Source of the DNA: Takakia lepidozioides
Taxonomy: Eukaryota > Plantae > Bryophyta
Assembly: GCA_030704615.1 (NCBI GenBank)
Contig: CM060731.1
Location: 19,778,001-19,842,000 of the forward strand
Reading direction: 5' to 3'
DNA length: 64,000 nucleotides
Shown here: piece by piece, positions 23,061-35,838 of the stretch
Numbering within the stretch: position 1 is the stretch's first letter
How the letters are laid out: each line of letters begins with the position of its first letter
The notes under the pieces: generated by a model
The model's input: the letters and a program-made list of their open reading frames with translations, nothing else
The model's database searches: none
Told to the model about the DNA's origin: nothing
Program-made: the position numbers and the translations under genes

Positions 23061-24658
23061 TCATCCGGATACTGCCACACAATAGGTGTGGTGTCCAATG
23101 GAGACAACTGAGGTGGTCCTGGTGCAATCCCCGCACTCTCCTCCTCTCTTGACGGTACAAAAGCCTCCACCGAGGCTTGTTGCACCCGTCTATCAGCATC
23201 CCGCTGCAAATCCTTGCTCGTGCCCCACAATAGAGTCTGAGCAACCATGGTAGGCAACTCCGCCATACCATACATGTCATCCTGCTCTCCCGGAGGTGGC
23301 ACATCCTCTGAATGAGCGTTGCCCTCAAGCAACTCTCTAGGCCAACTCACTGCCGCTGTGAATGCTGCTAGTGTCGACATCTTGCCTCGCTGGGCAACCG
23401 CAACTCCTCCTATGAACGTCACAGGGAGCTGCACACGCCGGCCCTCCCCTGACTGCCATGTAGGCCTATAGGAAGTTGACTCCTCCCAAAAATCTAGGGT
23501 GAAGCCCATGGGGTACAACACTGCCCCACCAACCAGGACATCGTATGAGACCGCGTCTGTCACAATGGCCTTGGCTCGCATCACTGAGCTATCTGTAGGG
23601 TGATCCGGCCGTAGTCTAATAGCCAACTCACGCCGTGTCATGCCCCGAGCCTGCTCCGATCCTCCCAGAGACGTCAATATCTGGAAAAGACAAGGCTCCA
23701 TATCCGCCTCCGTGAGGCCCAAGCTTGCAATAGCAGCTCTGCCCAGCATCAATGGCTGAGCTCCCGAGTCCAACAAGACCCGCAGTGGCCGGTACCTCTT
23801 GCTTGCCGGTCCACTCAAACAGAAAATGTCATCCTGGTTGTCTAATATGGAGCGTGGCACACAGATGTGGCCGCTCCTAGCAGCACACTAGCTGTCGTAG
23901 CCTTGGCAACACTAGGTAGTGGTGCTACCCGTGTAGCTCTCCCCAATGGCATAGTAACCTCCGCCTCGATAACAGTCGAGCGAGAACTAGGTGCCATGGA
24001 TGGCGTCGACACTGTCTCCGCCAATGTGAATGACTGAGGAAGCCTAGCCTGACGGCTTGCCTCCCCACGCTGTGGATCCAACTCCACCTCTGCACCTCGT
24101 GGCTCAGGAACTCGTGTTGCTCCTCGAGTCACGGCTGCAGCAGACTCCACCTGCACTAGTGGTAGTGCTGCTCCACACATGAATCACATGTCTCCCATAT
24201 CTCCTCCCTCAGGAGCAGGAGGTGGACCATCCGGCCTTAGAGCCGGTACCACCTGAGCTGTAGCCATGGTAGTGAGCCTCTGCTCTAGCTGCTGAAGCCG
24301 GTTGGCCATGCCTTGGTCAACCCCCTGACCTTGCTCAACCCCCTCCGCTTGCCCTTGGCCTGCACCTCGTGGTTGGCCACCTCGTCCTCTCTGGGCTGCT
24401 CCACCTCGCCCCCGGCCACCATTGTTCCCTTGGAACTGGCCTGGGTGCAACTCAGGATGCAAACCATAACACTGGGCCTCTACATGCCCGTGCTTGCCAC
24501 AATGCCCACACTGCAACTGTGCAGGCTGTGCATGTGCCGACCCTTTGCCTCCCTCTGGGCAATCCTTCTTGACATGGGGTCCTCCACATGTCCAGCACAC
24601 CACATCCGCCCGTTGTTGGCCAGCAAATGAAGGGAGAGACCCCTGCATCTGAGGTCCT

Positions 24659-27600
24659 TGTCACGCGGCTTTTACTCACCCATCCCTTCGCTATTCGAGG
24701 CGGAAACTCCAAGATAGAAGAGTTGGAAATCTCTAAGTACTCAGCCCGCGCAGAACAATCAGTCATGACCTACAGCTAGTGTATCATGGGGGTGTTTCCT
24801 ATTTGTTTCCCTTTTGGTATTCATGTTAGCTATCTTACCATTGATAATTAAGTATCAGTTTGCTTTATCAATCTATTGGATTCCATCAACTCATCCATTC
24901 ATTCCACAGCTTCACTCAGATCTCTCTACACAGTGTGATTGTATCGTAAAAGTATCCGATTATGGTTTATCAGGTATCAGACCGAAGCCATTGTGTCTCT
25001 AATCTGCTCTACAATATCATTACAGCCTTGCATATATCAAGCATCTACTCATCATCTCTCTATCTTCACTTCCGTTCTTCATCTCTGCCCGATCCCCTCT
25101 CCTCCATGACCAAGAAGTCCTCCTCCGAATGATATCCCTCAATTCCCCGTTTCTCCCTTTATCTTCCTATCCGTGGTTCTAACCGTTTCCCTCACTAACC
25201 GTCGTCTGTGAACTAACATGTTCCCTTCGCAGGTGTTGTTCCCCACAGTCGTTCCCTGTCCTACTCTTTGTTCCCTATGATCGTGACAGCTGTGTCAAGC
25301 TGTGACTGGCTGTGTGAAACTGTGACGGGCTGTGACTGGCTGTGCGACTGTGTTTGGCTGTGTCGGGCTGTGTCGGCTGTGTTGGCTGTGTCGGTTGTGT
25401 CTGCTGTGACGACTGTGACGACTGTGACGGGCTGTGTAACCCCCCTCTACAGTGCGCTGCTGTCACCCCTAAGGCTCCTATTGGTCTCAGTCTGTGCAAA
25501 AATTAAGGGTACCCTACAGATCCCGTATAAGTGTCTAAGTCCCCGACAGTCCTCTAACATTACCCATTCCCCCCTCAAAAAGCCGTGTCCTCACGGTTTA
25601 CTGATTTCGACTAGCAAACCTTTGTGAGTGAGCACCTTTTTGACGTTGAGAGTTTCGTGGCGGACTGTGTGTACAAGCCCGAGGTCTGTCTCTGGTTGAC
25701 GGAGATGGTTGATCACTACCTGGATAAGTGAGGCCCTTTGGAGGCTGATATCGAGGTAACCTTTCCGGCATAGGAGACCCCCGTCGCTTCTTCTCTGCCA
25801 TCTGAACTGCATAGTCTTCTCCCATGTCAAAAGAATTCGGTGAAGAAACAGTTGTATCAGAATCCTCATCGCCTCTCAGGTGTTTTAATTTTCGAACTTT
25901 TTGTGGAATCATCTGGGGCATACAATGCTGTCCTACCATGTCTAGAAGTTTGTATTTTACAACTTGGTGTAACCGCTGAACAGCAAAATTGGTGTAGACA
26001 CTGAGCTCCTTGTCTGTCCAGGTGAGTGGGGTACCAATTACTGGTGCAGCGTGCAAGTATTTCCATGCCACATGTCCCTTATAGAAAATATCATCAATGC
26101 CGAATTTCTGTGTTGACAAATTGTTCCAGGCTGCTTGAAACCATGAACGAATTTGAGAATCCTTTTGCATCATAACTTTTGGGTCATATAGGTACATATG
26201 AGGTGGCACCGAAGGTAATACCCAATGATCTCCACTGGAATAACTCAGAAAGCGTGTTTGCATCTTTTGTTGCTCAATGTGGTAACGTACCAGAAAACAA
26301 GCAGCGTAGTATAACCCGCATCCCATGACAATACTTGCTACCTCCTTGGTCTTGGTATAAATGAGTCCATGTACAACCTGGAAAGCAATCAATTCCCTCA
26401 ACATGGTACCTGCCTCGTGCCAGTATTGTGCAAAGTGATGATCTTCAATATGTCGATTGTTCGGAAGAACTTTAGTCCTAGTTGCCACTGGCAGCCAAAT
26501 ACGTATGATTTGGTAGTAATGTGCGAATGACTGCGGAGGACTAAATTCTTTCCAAGCCAAATCCAACATGATGGGAATTTGGTTGAAGGGCATAATCATA
26601 GCCCTATTGTACTCCCTTGCAGCTGGAGTTTTAGGTGGGTTAAAAACAGCATTGCCCCATACCTCAGGCTGTGGTGGCTGTGGTGTGGTTGTAGTAACCA
26701 CAGGTTCAGCTACTGGTACAGTGACTTGTTGTGGTGGTGGGGGTACTGGCTCTTGTATCATTGGCATCTCCTGCACCTCCTGTGAAGACTGAAAAGCCAA
26801 AGTTCTGGCTTGTAAATAAGAAGCCATTAGCTGTTCCTGAGGGATATAGACTCTTTTGTCGATGTTTGAAGTGAGGTCTTCCACTTGAGTCTGCAATCCG
26901 TCTACATCCTCTTGTAACTCTGCTATCCTACTATAGACATTGTCTATAGTAATTGTGGCAATGTTCTGCACCTGCAGCCTGAGCTCATTCATCTCGCTTT
27001 GGGTGAGCTTTCGTGGTGCTTTGCCTTCTACTGGCCCTTGTGCTAACCAGACCTGCATAAGGCTGTTATCCACCAAGTTGCTTGTGGTTCCCCTGAGAGT
27101 TTGATCCTCTCTTAGCTTGTACAATTCCAACTGCTGTTGTAAAGCCTCTATGCGCTTCGCATGAGGTTCAACCAATTGCGCATAAGCAGCAAGTAGATTA
27201 TTGGCTTCCTTCCAAGCCTTGTTATTGACCGCGATTTCATTTCTATTGGCAATGATTGTTTGTTGCAACTCCACGATGTGCTTCTCTTGATCAGCTTCAA
27301 TCTGCCTGTATTGCTTGAAAGTATCTTCATTGCGACAGATTGTATTCTTCATATCGACAATGAGCTTCATTTGCTCAACATTCTCTTCTTCTGCCTTCGT
27401 ACATTTTTCCGCTTGACTGTTTATTTCTTTTGTAGATTGGTCAAGCATAGTTGTGAATGTAGCACATTGTATCGCCATCCTGTCATGCACTGTCTGCAAC
27501 TCCGTATGTAGTGCATTCACTTCTTGCAACTTGCTTTCATGCTGCACCTACATTTGGTATAGCTGTTGCTTATGTGCTTCGTGCAACTGGTCTTGCGCAA

Positions 27601-29796
27601 GGCCTGCCTCAATCAATTGTTCCTTGGCCAATTGCAAAGCCACTTCTGTATTTCCCAAGTCCTGCTGCATCTTGAGAGTGACCTCTTCATCGACCTTGTT
27701 TGCACACTCAGTGGCTAGTCGAGCCTCAAACTCCTTCCTGAGTTCCTCTCTCAAGGCTGTCAATTGGGTAATTGGAACATGGGATTTGACATAAGTCCCC
27801 AACAAATTAAGTGTCATGCCTATGGAACTCATCAGCATTGCCTGTTGAGGGTCATCATGGTGAGGTTGCTGCTGTTCCTCCTGATCCTCAATAGTGTGAT
27901 GTCTCACGAACCATTCAGGCCATTGTCCCACCGGATTTTCTTCCTGAACTACTTCATCTATCACCGGTGCTACAGTGTCATGACCTTCCGCCTGTGGTAC
28001 CTCCGACACAGGTGTGTGTATTATATGCACCTCAGGATTTCCCTTGGGCAACTGTTGCACCTCTGGGATCTCTGTCTCCTTGACCAGACCAGAATATTCA
28101 TAGAGAAGGTCCCCCTTCTCCATTTCTGCCACTATCTGTTCTGTAGTTGGAATATCTAACCCTTCTCTTTCCAAATCAATTATTTCTGGTTGAGCTGCAT
28201 GGATAACTTGTGACCTTGTGACAAGTCGATCAGCTGGCTGTGATGGTTGTGATACAGAAGTAACTTCCTCCTCCCTCTCTGAAGGTCTTGCTTCCAGTAA
28301 TAGCATTTCTCTTTGTGCTGCTGTGCCCCTTCCTGGCCATGAGCTTGGGAAACATTATCATGCGGAATCCGTGAAGCCAGTGGATCCGCCACTACAGTCT
28401 TCCCCCGTCTCTGTCTCTTAGTCTCGGGTTGCCCTGCTATTCCACCCTCACTGTGTGAAGAGCCTTGCTCTTCCATTGCAGTGGTTTCTGGCTCAAACAC
28501 TCTCATTTCCTTTCTTTCTTGCGCATCAAGTATGCCAGAATCAAGGATTATTTGAGCAATGATTGGGCCAGACACTATGATAGGAGACTTTGCGGTAGTA
28601 CCTTGTAATCTTTTCATCTCCTCTACCAGTGCGTTGTACATTATGTCCGCCCATTGTACCTCTTGTCCCTTCAGGCCTTTGAGTATTTCCTCCGTGAAGG
28701 ATCTGCTCAAATATTGTTGGTTCTGTTTCATGGCAATCAGAACGTTCAATACCTGGCCTACCTCTTTTAGCCCTGGGTACACAGCCTTGGTACAAGCATA
28801 ACCCTGAGTTTTAAAGAAACTCCCTTCTTGGAATAAGTCCCCTATTTGCAGTCTTGCCCTGTGTTCCTCCACATGCACCTGACCTGCTGGCAATCGAAAC
28901 AATTGCTGGAGGTATAGGGGAGTAATCATCAATTCAACTCCCTTCACCGTTGTTGTTCCTGCCCTTGGCTCAAAGTTCTGCAAAAATTGTAACATGTACT
29001 GTCTATGGTGTAATGTCCAATCTAGGCTTTGCAATCCTTGCAATCTCAGCTCCTCCAGTATCTGTATCGCCTGTGGGGTAGCAATTGTTTGTTTCTGCAG
29101 AATTGTGGTGCTCTTCACCCTGATTTCCTCCATTCCTCTCACTCTCTTCATTTTAGACTCACAGAACTGTTTTGGCTGTAACAACTGCAGGAATGCCTGT
29201 AGTGCACAAAGCATAAATGTATGGTTGCCGCAGAAAGCTATGGGTAATTTCTTGTAAGCCTGCGGGGCTTGCAAGCATCGCTCAAGAGAAAAGCTCCGCT
29301 CTGTCCTTTCGTGTCTATGCCACTGCGTAAGTAATATTGCGAGCGTATAGTCTGTTAGTTCCTCCATAGTTTCCAAGCTATAGCATTGATGGTCTGTCCC
29401 GTCGAGACGCCCGTTCTCAGAACGACGCCGCCTCTTGCGCTCAATTTCCCTCCATTTTCTTGATCATTTCTCTGGTTTTCTATTGGCTGTATCCGCTGTG
29501 ACTGGATTTTAGATTTTATTTTCTTTAGTGGACTTTCCCTGTTGGATAGTCCACTAGGATCACACATGTGACAAGAATTCCGCTTTTCTGTACTTGCCGT
29601 TCGTTCCGTTTCCCTTTTTCCGTATTCATTAATGGGCCCGCCTTTCATCCCTTTTGACGGCCGTTCTTGTCCTCTTTCTTTTTGACACCTGTTCTTGCAC
29701 TTCCTTCTCGGCTGTGTGTCGCGCCCTGACCTCCACGTGTCTATTTTTAAAGTAATTTCCGTTTTCTCTTCCGTCAGCCATTTTCCTGAAGTTATT
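24659..29796 (-). mobile_element. 3' half of a second LTR retrotransposon (long extra ORF + PPT + 3' LTR 24659-25559), inserted in the gag of the DNMT element
   Basis: On the minus strand GAGGACACGGCTTTTTGAGGGGGGAATGGGTAA (PPT) is followed by TGTTAGAGG...GCGTGACA. Runs into the gap. Confidence 0.8.
25598..29376 (-). pseudogene. Large (~1250 codon) extra ORF of the LTR element: plant-retroelement-type N-terminal domain, acidic linker, long coiled coil, unknown C-terminal domain
   Basis: Three consecutive ORFs (398, 252, 649 aa). The TAG at 27548-27550 is CAG in the second copy (~30705). The pattern FLQNF....TTVKGVELMITPLYLQQLFRLP recalls accessory ORFs of plant LTR elements. Confidence 0.7.
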
Positions 29797-30296
29797 NNNN
29801 NNNNNNNNNNNNNNNNNNNNNNNNNNNNNNNNNNNNNNNNNNNNNNNNNNNNNNNNNNNNNNNNNNNNNNNNNNNNNNNNNNNNNNNNNNNNNNNNNNNN
29901 NNNNNNNNNNNNNNNNNNNNNNNNNNNNNNNNNNNNNNNNNNNNNNNNNNNNNNNNNNNNNNNNNNNNNNNNNNNNNNNNNNNNNNNNNNNNNNNNNNNN
30001 NNNNNNNNNNNNNNNNNNNNNNNNNNNNNNNNNNNNNNNNNNNNNNNNNNNNNNNNNNNNNNNNNNNNNNNNNNNNNNNNNNNNNNNNNNNNNNNNNNNN
30101 NNNNNNNNNNNNNNNNNNNNNNNNNNNNNNNNNNNNNNNNNNNNNNNNNNNNNNNNNNNNNNNNNNNNNNNNNNNNNNNNNNNNNNNNNNNNNNNNNNNN
30201 NNNNNNNNNNNNNNNNNNNNNNNNNNNNNNNNNNNNNNNNNNNNNNNNNNNNNNNNNNNNNNNNNNNNNNNNNNNNNNNNNNNNNNNNNNNNNNNN
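29797..30296. other. Assembly gap, exactly 500 N
   Basis: Run of N; the round size suggests a scaffolding placeholder. Confidence 0.99.
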
Positions 30297-33200
30297 GGTC
30301 CATGAAAGTAGTTTCAGGAAGAAAAATCCGGTTGGGGACAATGGTCCCTAATGGTTAGTGAGACACATACTGTTGATATCGGGAGGAACAGCAGCAACCT
30401 CACAGATGACCTCAACAGGAAATGCTGATGAGTTCCATAGGCAGGACACTTAATTTGTTGGGGACTTATGTCAAAACCCATGTTCCAATTACCCATTGAC
30501 AGCCTTGAAAGAAGAACTCAGGAAGGAGTTTGAGGCTCGACTTGCCACTGAGTGTGCAAACAAGGTCGATGATAGTTCCACTCTCAAGATGAAGCAGGAC
30601 TTGGCCATACCAGAAATGGCTTTGCAATTAGCCAACAACAATTGATAGGCAGGCCCTCGCGCAAGACCAGTTGCACGAAGCCATAAGCAACAGCTATACC
30701 AAAATGCAGGTGCAGCATGAAAGCAAGTTGCAAGAATGAATGCACTACATACGGAGTTGCAAAGAGTGCATAACAGGATGGCAATACAATGCGCTACAAT
30801 TACCTATGCTTGACCAATCAACAAAAGAAATAACAGTCAAGCGAAAAATGTACGAAGGCAGAAGAAGAGAATGCGGAGCACATGAAGCTCATTGTCGATA
30901 TGAAGAATACAATCTGTCGCAAGAAGATACTCTCAAGCAATACAGGCAGATGGAAGCTGAGAATGAGAAATACATCGTGGAGTTGCAACAAAACATCGTG
31001 GGGCCAATAGAAATGAAATCTCAATCAGTAACAAGGCTTCGAAAGAAGCCAATAATCTACTTGTTGCCTATGCGCAATTGGTTGAGCCACAGGCGAAGCG
31101 CATGAAGGATTTACAACAGCAGTTGGAATTGTATAAGCTAAGAGAGGAGCAAACTCTCAGGGGAACCACAAGCAGCTTGGTGGATAACAGCCTTATGCAG
31201 GTCTGGCTAGCACAAGGGCCAGTAGAAGGCAAAGCCCCACGGAAGCTCACCCAAAGCGAGATGAATGAGCTTAGACTGCAGGTGCAGAACATTGCCACAA
31301 CTACTATAGACAATGTCTATAGTAGGATAGCAGAGTTACAAGAGGATGTAGACGGACTCCAGACTCAAGTGGAAGACCTCACTTCAAACATCGACCAAAG
31401 AGTCTATATCCCTCGGGAACAGCTAATGGCTTCTTATTTGAAAGCCAGAACTCTGGCTTTTCAGTCTTCACAGGAGGTGCAAGAGATGCCAATGGTACAG
31501 GAACCACTACCACCACCACCACAACAGGTCAGTGTACCAGTAACTGAACCTGTGGTTACTACAACCACACCACAGCCACCACAGCCGGAGGTATGGGGCA
31601 ATGCAGCTTTTAACCACCTAAAACTCCAGCTGCCAGGGAGTACAGTAGGGCTATGATTATGCCCTTCAACCAAATTCCATTCATGTTGGATTTGGCTTGG
31701 AAAGAATTTAGTCCTCCGCAGTCATTCGCACATTACTACCAAATCATGCGTATTTGGCTGCCAGTGGCAACCAGGACTAAAGTTCTTCCAAACAATCGAC
31801 ATATTGAAGATCATCACTTTGCACAATACTGGCACGAGGCAGGTACAATGTTGAGGGAATTGGTTGCTTTCCAGGTTGTACATGGACTCATTTATACCAA
31901 GACCAAGGAGATAGCAAGTATTGTCATGGGGTGCGGGCTATACTACGCTGCTTGTTTTCTGATACGTTACCACATGAGCAACAAAAGATGCAAGCACGCT
32001 TTCAAAGTTACTCCAGTGGAGATCATTGGGTATTACCTTCGGTGCCACCTCATATGTACCTATATGACCCAAAAGTTATGATACAGAAGGATTCTCAAAT
32101 TCGTTCATGGTTTCAAGCAGCCTGCAACAATTTGTCAACACAGAAATTCGGACTTGATGACATTTTCTATAAGGGACATATCGCATGGAAATACTTGCAC
32201 GCGGCACCAGTAATTGGTACCCCACTCATTTGGACAGACAAGGAGCTCAGTGTCTACACCAATTTTGCTGTTCAACGGTTGCACCAGGTTGTAAAATGCA
32301 AACTTCCAGACATGGTAGGACAGCATTGTATGCCCCAGATGATTCCACAAAAAGTTCGAAAATTAAAACACCTAAGAGACGATGACGATTCTGATACAAC
32401 TGGTTCTTCACAAAATTCTTTTGACATGGGAGAAGACTATACAATTCAGATGGAAGCGAAGAAACAAAGGGGATCTCCTCTGCCGGAAAGATTACCTCGA
32501 TATCAGCCTCCAGAAGGCCTCACTTATCCAGGTAGTAATCAACCATCTCCATCAACCAGAGACAGACCTCGGGCTCGTACACACAGCCCACCACGAAACT
32601 CTCAACGTCAACAAAGTGATCACTCACAAAGGTTTGCTACTCGAAAACAGTAAACCGTGAGGACACGGCTTTTTGAGGGGGAAGGGGTAAAATGTTAGAG
32701 GACTGTAGGGGACTTAGACACTTATACGGGATCTGTAGGGTACCCTTAATTTTTGCACAGACTGAGACAAACAGGAACCTTAGGGGTGACAGCAGAGCAC
32801 TGTAGAAGGGGGTTACACAACCCACACAGCCCACACAGCCGTCACAGCCGTCACAGCCCACACAGCCGACACAGCCCACACAGCCCACACAGCCCACACA
32901 GCCGTCACAGCCCACACAGCCCACACAGCCGTCACAGCCAACACAGCCCGTCACAGCCGTCACAGCCCACACAGCCGACACAGCCCACACAGCCCACACA
33001 GCCGTCACAGCCCACACAGCCCGACACAGCCGTCACAGCCAACACAGCCCGTCACAGCCGTCACAGCCCACACAGCCCGTCATAGTCGTCACAGCCCACA
33101 CAGCCCACACAGCCCGTCACAGTCGTCACAGCAGACACAGCCCACACAGCCAGTCACAGCCCGGCATAGCCACACAGCCAGTCACAGCCCGACACAGCCA

Positions 33201-33820
33201 AACACAGCCAGTCACCGCTTGACACAGCTGTCACGATAATAGGGAACGAAGAGTAGGACAGGGAACGACTGTGGGGAACAACACCAGAGAAGGGAACATG
33301 TTAGTTCACATACGACGGTTAGAGAGGGAAACGGTTAGAACCGCGGATAGGAGGATAAAGGGAAGAACGGGGATTATGATGAGATCATTATTCGGGGAGG
33401 ACTTGGGAGTCAGGCGGAAGCGGAGATCGGAGAGCACGATGAAGGAGGATTAGTAGATGCTTGTTAGATGCAAAGCCGTAGGGATATTGTAGAGGAGAAT
33501 AGAGATACAATGGCTTCGGCCTGATACCTGATAAATCATAATCTGATATTTATACGATACAATCACACTGTGTAGAGAGATCTGAGTGAAGCTGTGGATT
33601 GAATGGAGGAGTGAAGGAAACTAATACGTAATTATCAATGGTAAGGTAGCTAAGATGAATGCGAAAAGGGAAACAAATAGGAAACACCCCCATGATACAC
33701 TAGCTGTAGGTCATGACTGATTGTTCTGCGCGGGCTGAGTACTTAGAGATTTCCAACTCTTCTATCTTGGAGTTTCCGCCTCGGATAGCGAAGGGATGGG
33801 TGAGTAAAAGCCGCGCGACA
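30297..33820 (+). mobile_element. Second, inverted copy of the same LTR element 3' half (ORF 30297-32653, PPT, 3' LTR 32693-33820)
   Basis: Proteins nearly identical to 25598-27950 (e.g. SLMQVWLAQGPVEGKAPRKLTQSEMNELRLQ). LTR TGTTAGAGG...GCGCGACA. Many indels near the contig end. Confidence 0.88.
32815..33230 (+). repeat. CACAGCC-core minisatellite inside the LTR (shorter version at 25285-25435)
   Basis: Dozens of cacagcc/gtcacagcc/ccacacagc units; accounts for most of the 1128 vs 901 bp LTR length difference. Confidence 0.9.
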
Positions 33821-34749
33821 GTTTCCTAGTTTTTATTTATTTTATTTATTTTTTCATATGGTACTGGGTTAGGGTGTTTGTTTTTCTTTATGGTGATGGG
33901 TTTTGGATTGGCGGTTTTGGTTGTGGGTCTTGGGGTTAAAAGGATAAACGGTGTAATTAGGATTCACATACCCAAAATGTGGTTCAATCTGATAATCGCA
34001 AAGCGCTGGGTCTCAACAAATTTTTCCATAGTGTGAGCATACTGAAGAGAGAACGAGATGAAGGATTTATTGTCTTGGGCTCTAGCACCATAGGGATGCT
34101 CCGCCTTTGGTTACCAATTTTGAAAGCCCCGAGGCTGAGGCAAAGGGTTTTTCTTCCAAAGGTTTTTGAGAAATGAAAGTGTTGGTGGTGTGTGTTAATT
34201 AGGATGGGATGGTGAGGAAACATCGACCCATCTCCCTCGAGGATGGGGAGGTAGTACCACATATCGATTGTGACCGTAGAGCGACCATTTTTCGTGGCGA
34301 GGAGGCACCCATTGCACCTGATCCAATACAGGCTGCCGGGCACAATCGTAAAAGGGACCTAGGCCAAATTTCAGGTGATGCGGAGGATGTTGACACTCCG
34401 GGATCGAGTCGGGCGCGCCGCGGGTTGCCCCTTTGCGGGCCACCCCATCCAACCATGTCCACCTTTGACCCCCCCCCCACAAGATTGAGTGTTGGTGCAC
34501 TAAATGTTGGGAACGGATACCGCCGGGCGGCACCAGACCACCAAGGCGGCGACCGCATGTTGTCGAAAAACATTATAAGAAGAACAAGATTGTGGATGCG
34601 GCAAATGTGAGTGTTTTTCCCACCCCTCTCATTAACATTCATTTAAGGTACATTTAGGTTTATCTAATAATATAGTATGATTGGTAAGCATACATGAATC
34701 AAAATTACGACATAAGTATTGATGCGTTGTTCACTACGCACATTGCAGC

Positions 34750-35838
34750 CATGACTTGATGCCCAAGCTCGCAATCACATTACACAGGAGGCATTTCGCG
34801 CCGGTCTACTTGCAGAATTTGTGCCAGAGCATGTGCCCGATGTGACCAGTTGGTTCCCCCAACAGCACGTAGATGAGATGCATAGGGTCGAGGGGTATCG
34901 TAGGTGTCGTAGGCGTTATGGCCGGCGACGAGCAGCCCCCCCCCCCCCCTCCAGTTTCCTCAGGCGGTCCCCCTGATTGTGGCCTCCCCCCCCCCCCGGT
35001 CTGTTTCTTTGCCTGATCCACCTCCGGTTGTACCTGATCCGGACGATGTACCCCCCGCTGCACCTCCGATATTACATCCTCAACCACCTCCACTTTCATC
35101 TCCTTCGCCAGCAGTACCACCTCCACCTCCACCTCCACGTGCATGTGCCCCCCGAACCCATAGGAGGGGTCGGCTTCGCCCTAGATTTCCTCCCCTTCAG
35201 CTTGGGCGGCTTGAGCCGGATCCTCGCCCCCGATGGGAAGCGCATAGGACTATGTTACTGAGGACCGTCCATCCTCGTTGTTGGGGAATCATCTCGACCC
35301 TCCCACCCCCATCCGAGAAAATGTGGAGTTCGAGTATTGGGGGAGACGGTATGTTGTGAGAGCCGCTACAGACCCTGCTATGGGTCGGGGTTTATTCACG
35401 GTCATTGATATTGTGGTTCCTCCTCGGAGAAACAACATGGTGGACTTGTTTCTCTACTACGGTCCATACTACACCTCCGCGGAGTTCCGTACATTACGCC
35501 TCGAAGCCCCATACATCCTACCCTACATTTTGTGTGTCAACGGACAAGATGTACGTAATCGGGGGTTGTCTCCCATTGAGATCAGATTTTGTGATGGTGA
35601 CCCCGAAATCTTCGGCAATGTTGCTGGGCTGGTCAATAGTTCTTTTGGTCATCCTAGGAGAACCAATGATGTAGTATGGGACGAGCGAAGCGATGGGCAT
35701 GAGAGCTTTTGTGGTCATACGTCACTATACTGTGAGGGGATGCACATGTTTGTGATGACATGTGCTAGTAGGACTCTTAGGGCTGGTAACGAACTATTTG
35801 CATCATACGAGTTCTCCCGGGATGATTGGGACCTCTGA
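34750..35838 (+). CDS. SET-domain protein with Pro-rich linker (upstream part frameshifted), probable CACTA cargo
   Basis: MGRGLFT (SET motif I), LFLYYG, GNVAGLVNSS (RFINHS-like), MTCASRTLRAGNELFASY (A.R.I..GEEL..DY) in ORF 35278-35838. Confidence 0.78.

Larger units (their letters stand above)
18222..24658 (-). mobile_element. Ty3/gypsy LTR retrotransposon carrying a C5 DNA methyltransferase and a PHD finger; 5' end interrupted in gag
   Basis: Order gag(2xCCHC)-protease-DNMT-RT-RNase H-integrase-PHD. A G-rich PPT (18411-18421, minus strand) precedes a TG..CA-bounded short LTR. Confidence 0.92.
18670..24658 (-). pseudogene. gag-pol polyprotein (stops and frameshifts): CCHC knuckles, aspartic protease, DNMT, RT, RNase H, integrase, PHD
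   Basis: CWTCGGPHVKKDC and CGHCGKHGHVEAQC; VLLDSGA; [32 protein letters not shown]; LHTDWS, TDHQPL; HEELGHFG..CMVC, LTDQGREF. Confidence 0.93.

Noticed and set aside
29355-30351. ORFs spanning the N run
   Set aside because: Artefacts of translating N.
32637-33085. Cys-rich or Ser/Pro/His-rich proteins
   Set aside because: Translations of the LTR minisatellite.
24659-33820. One giant TIR/fold-back element or Polinton
   Set aside because: The inverted ends are retroviral-type 3' LTRs each preceded by a PPT, there is no shared TSD, and a gap lies at the centre.
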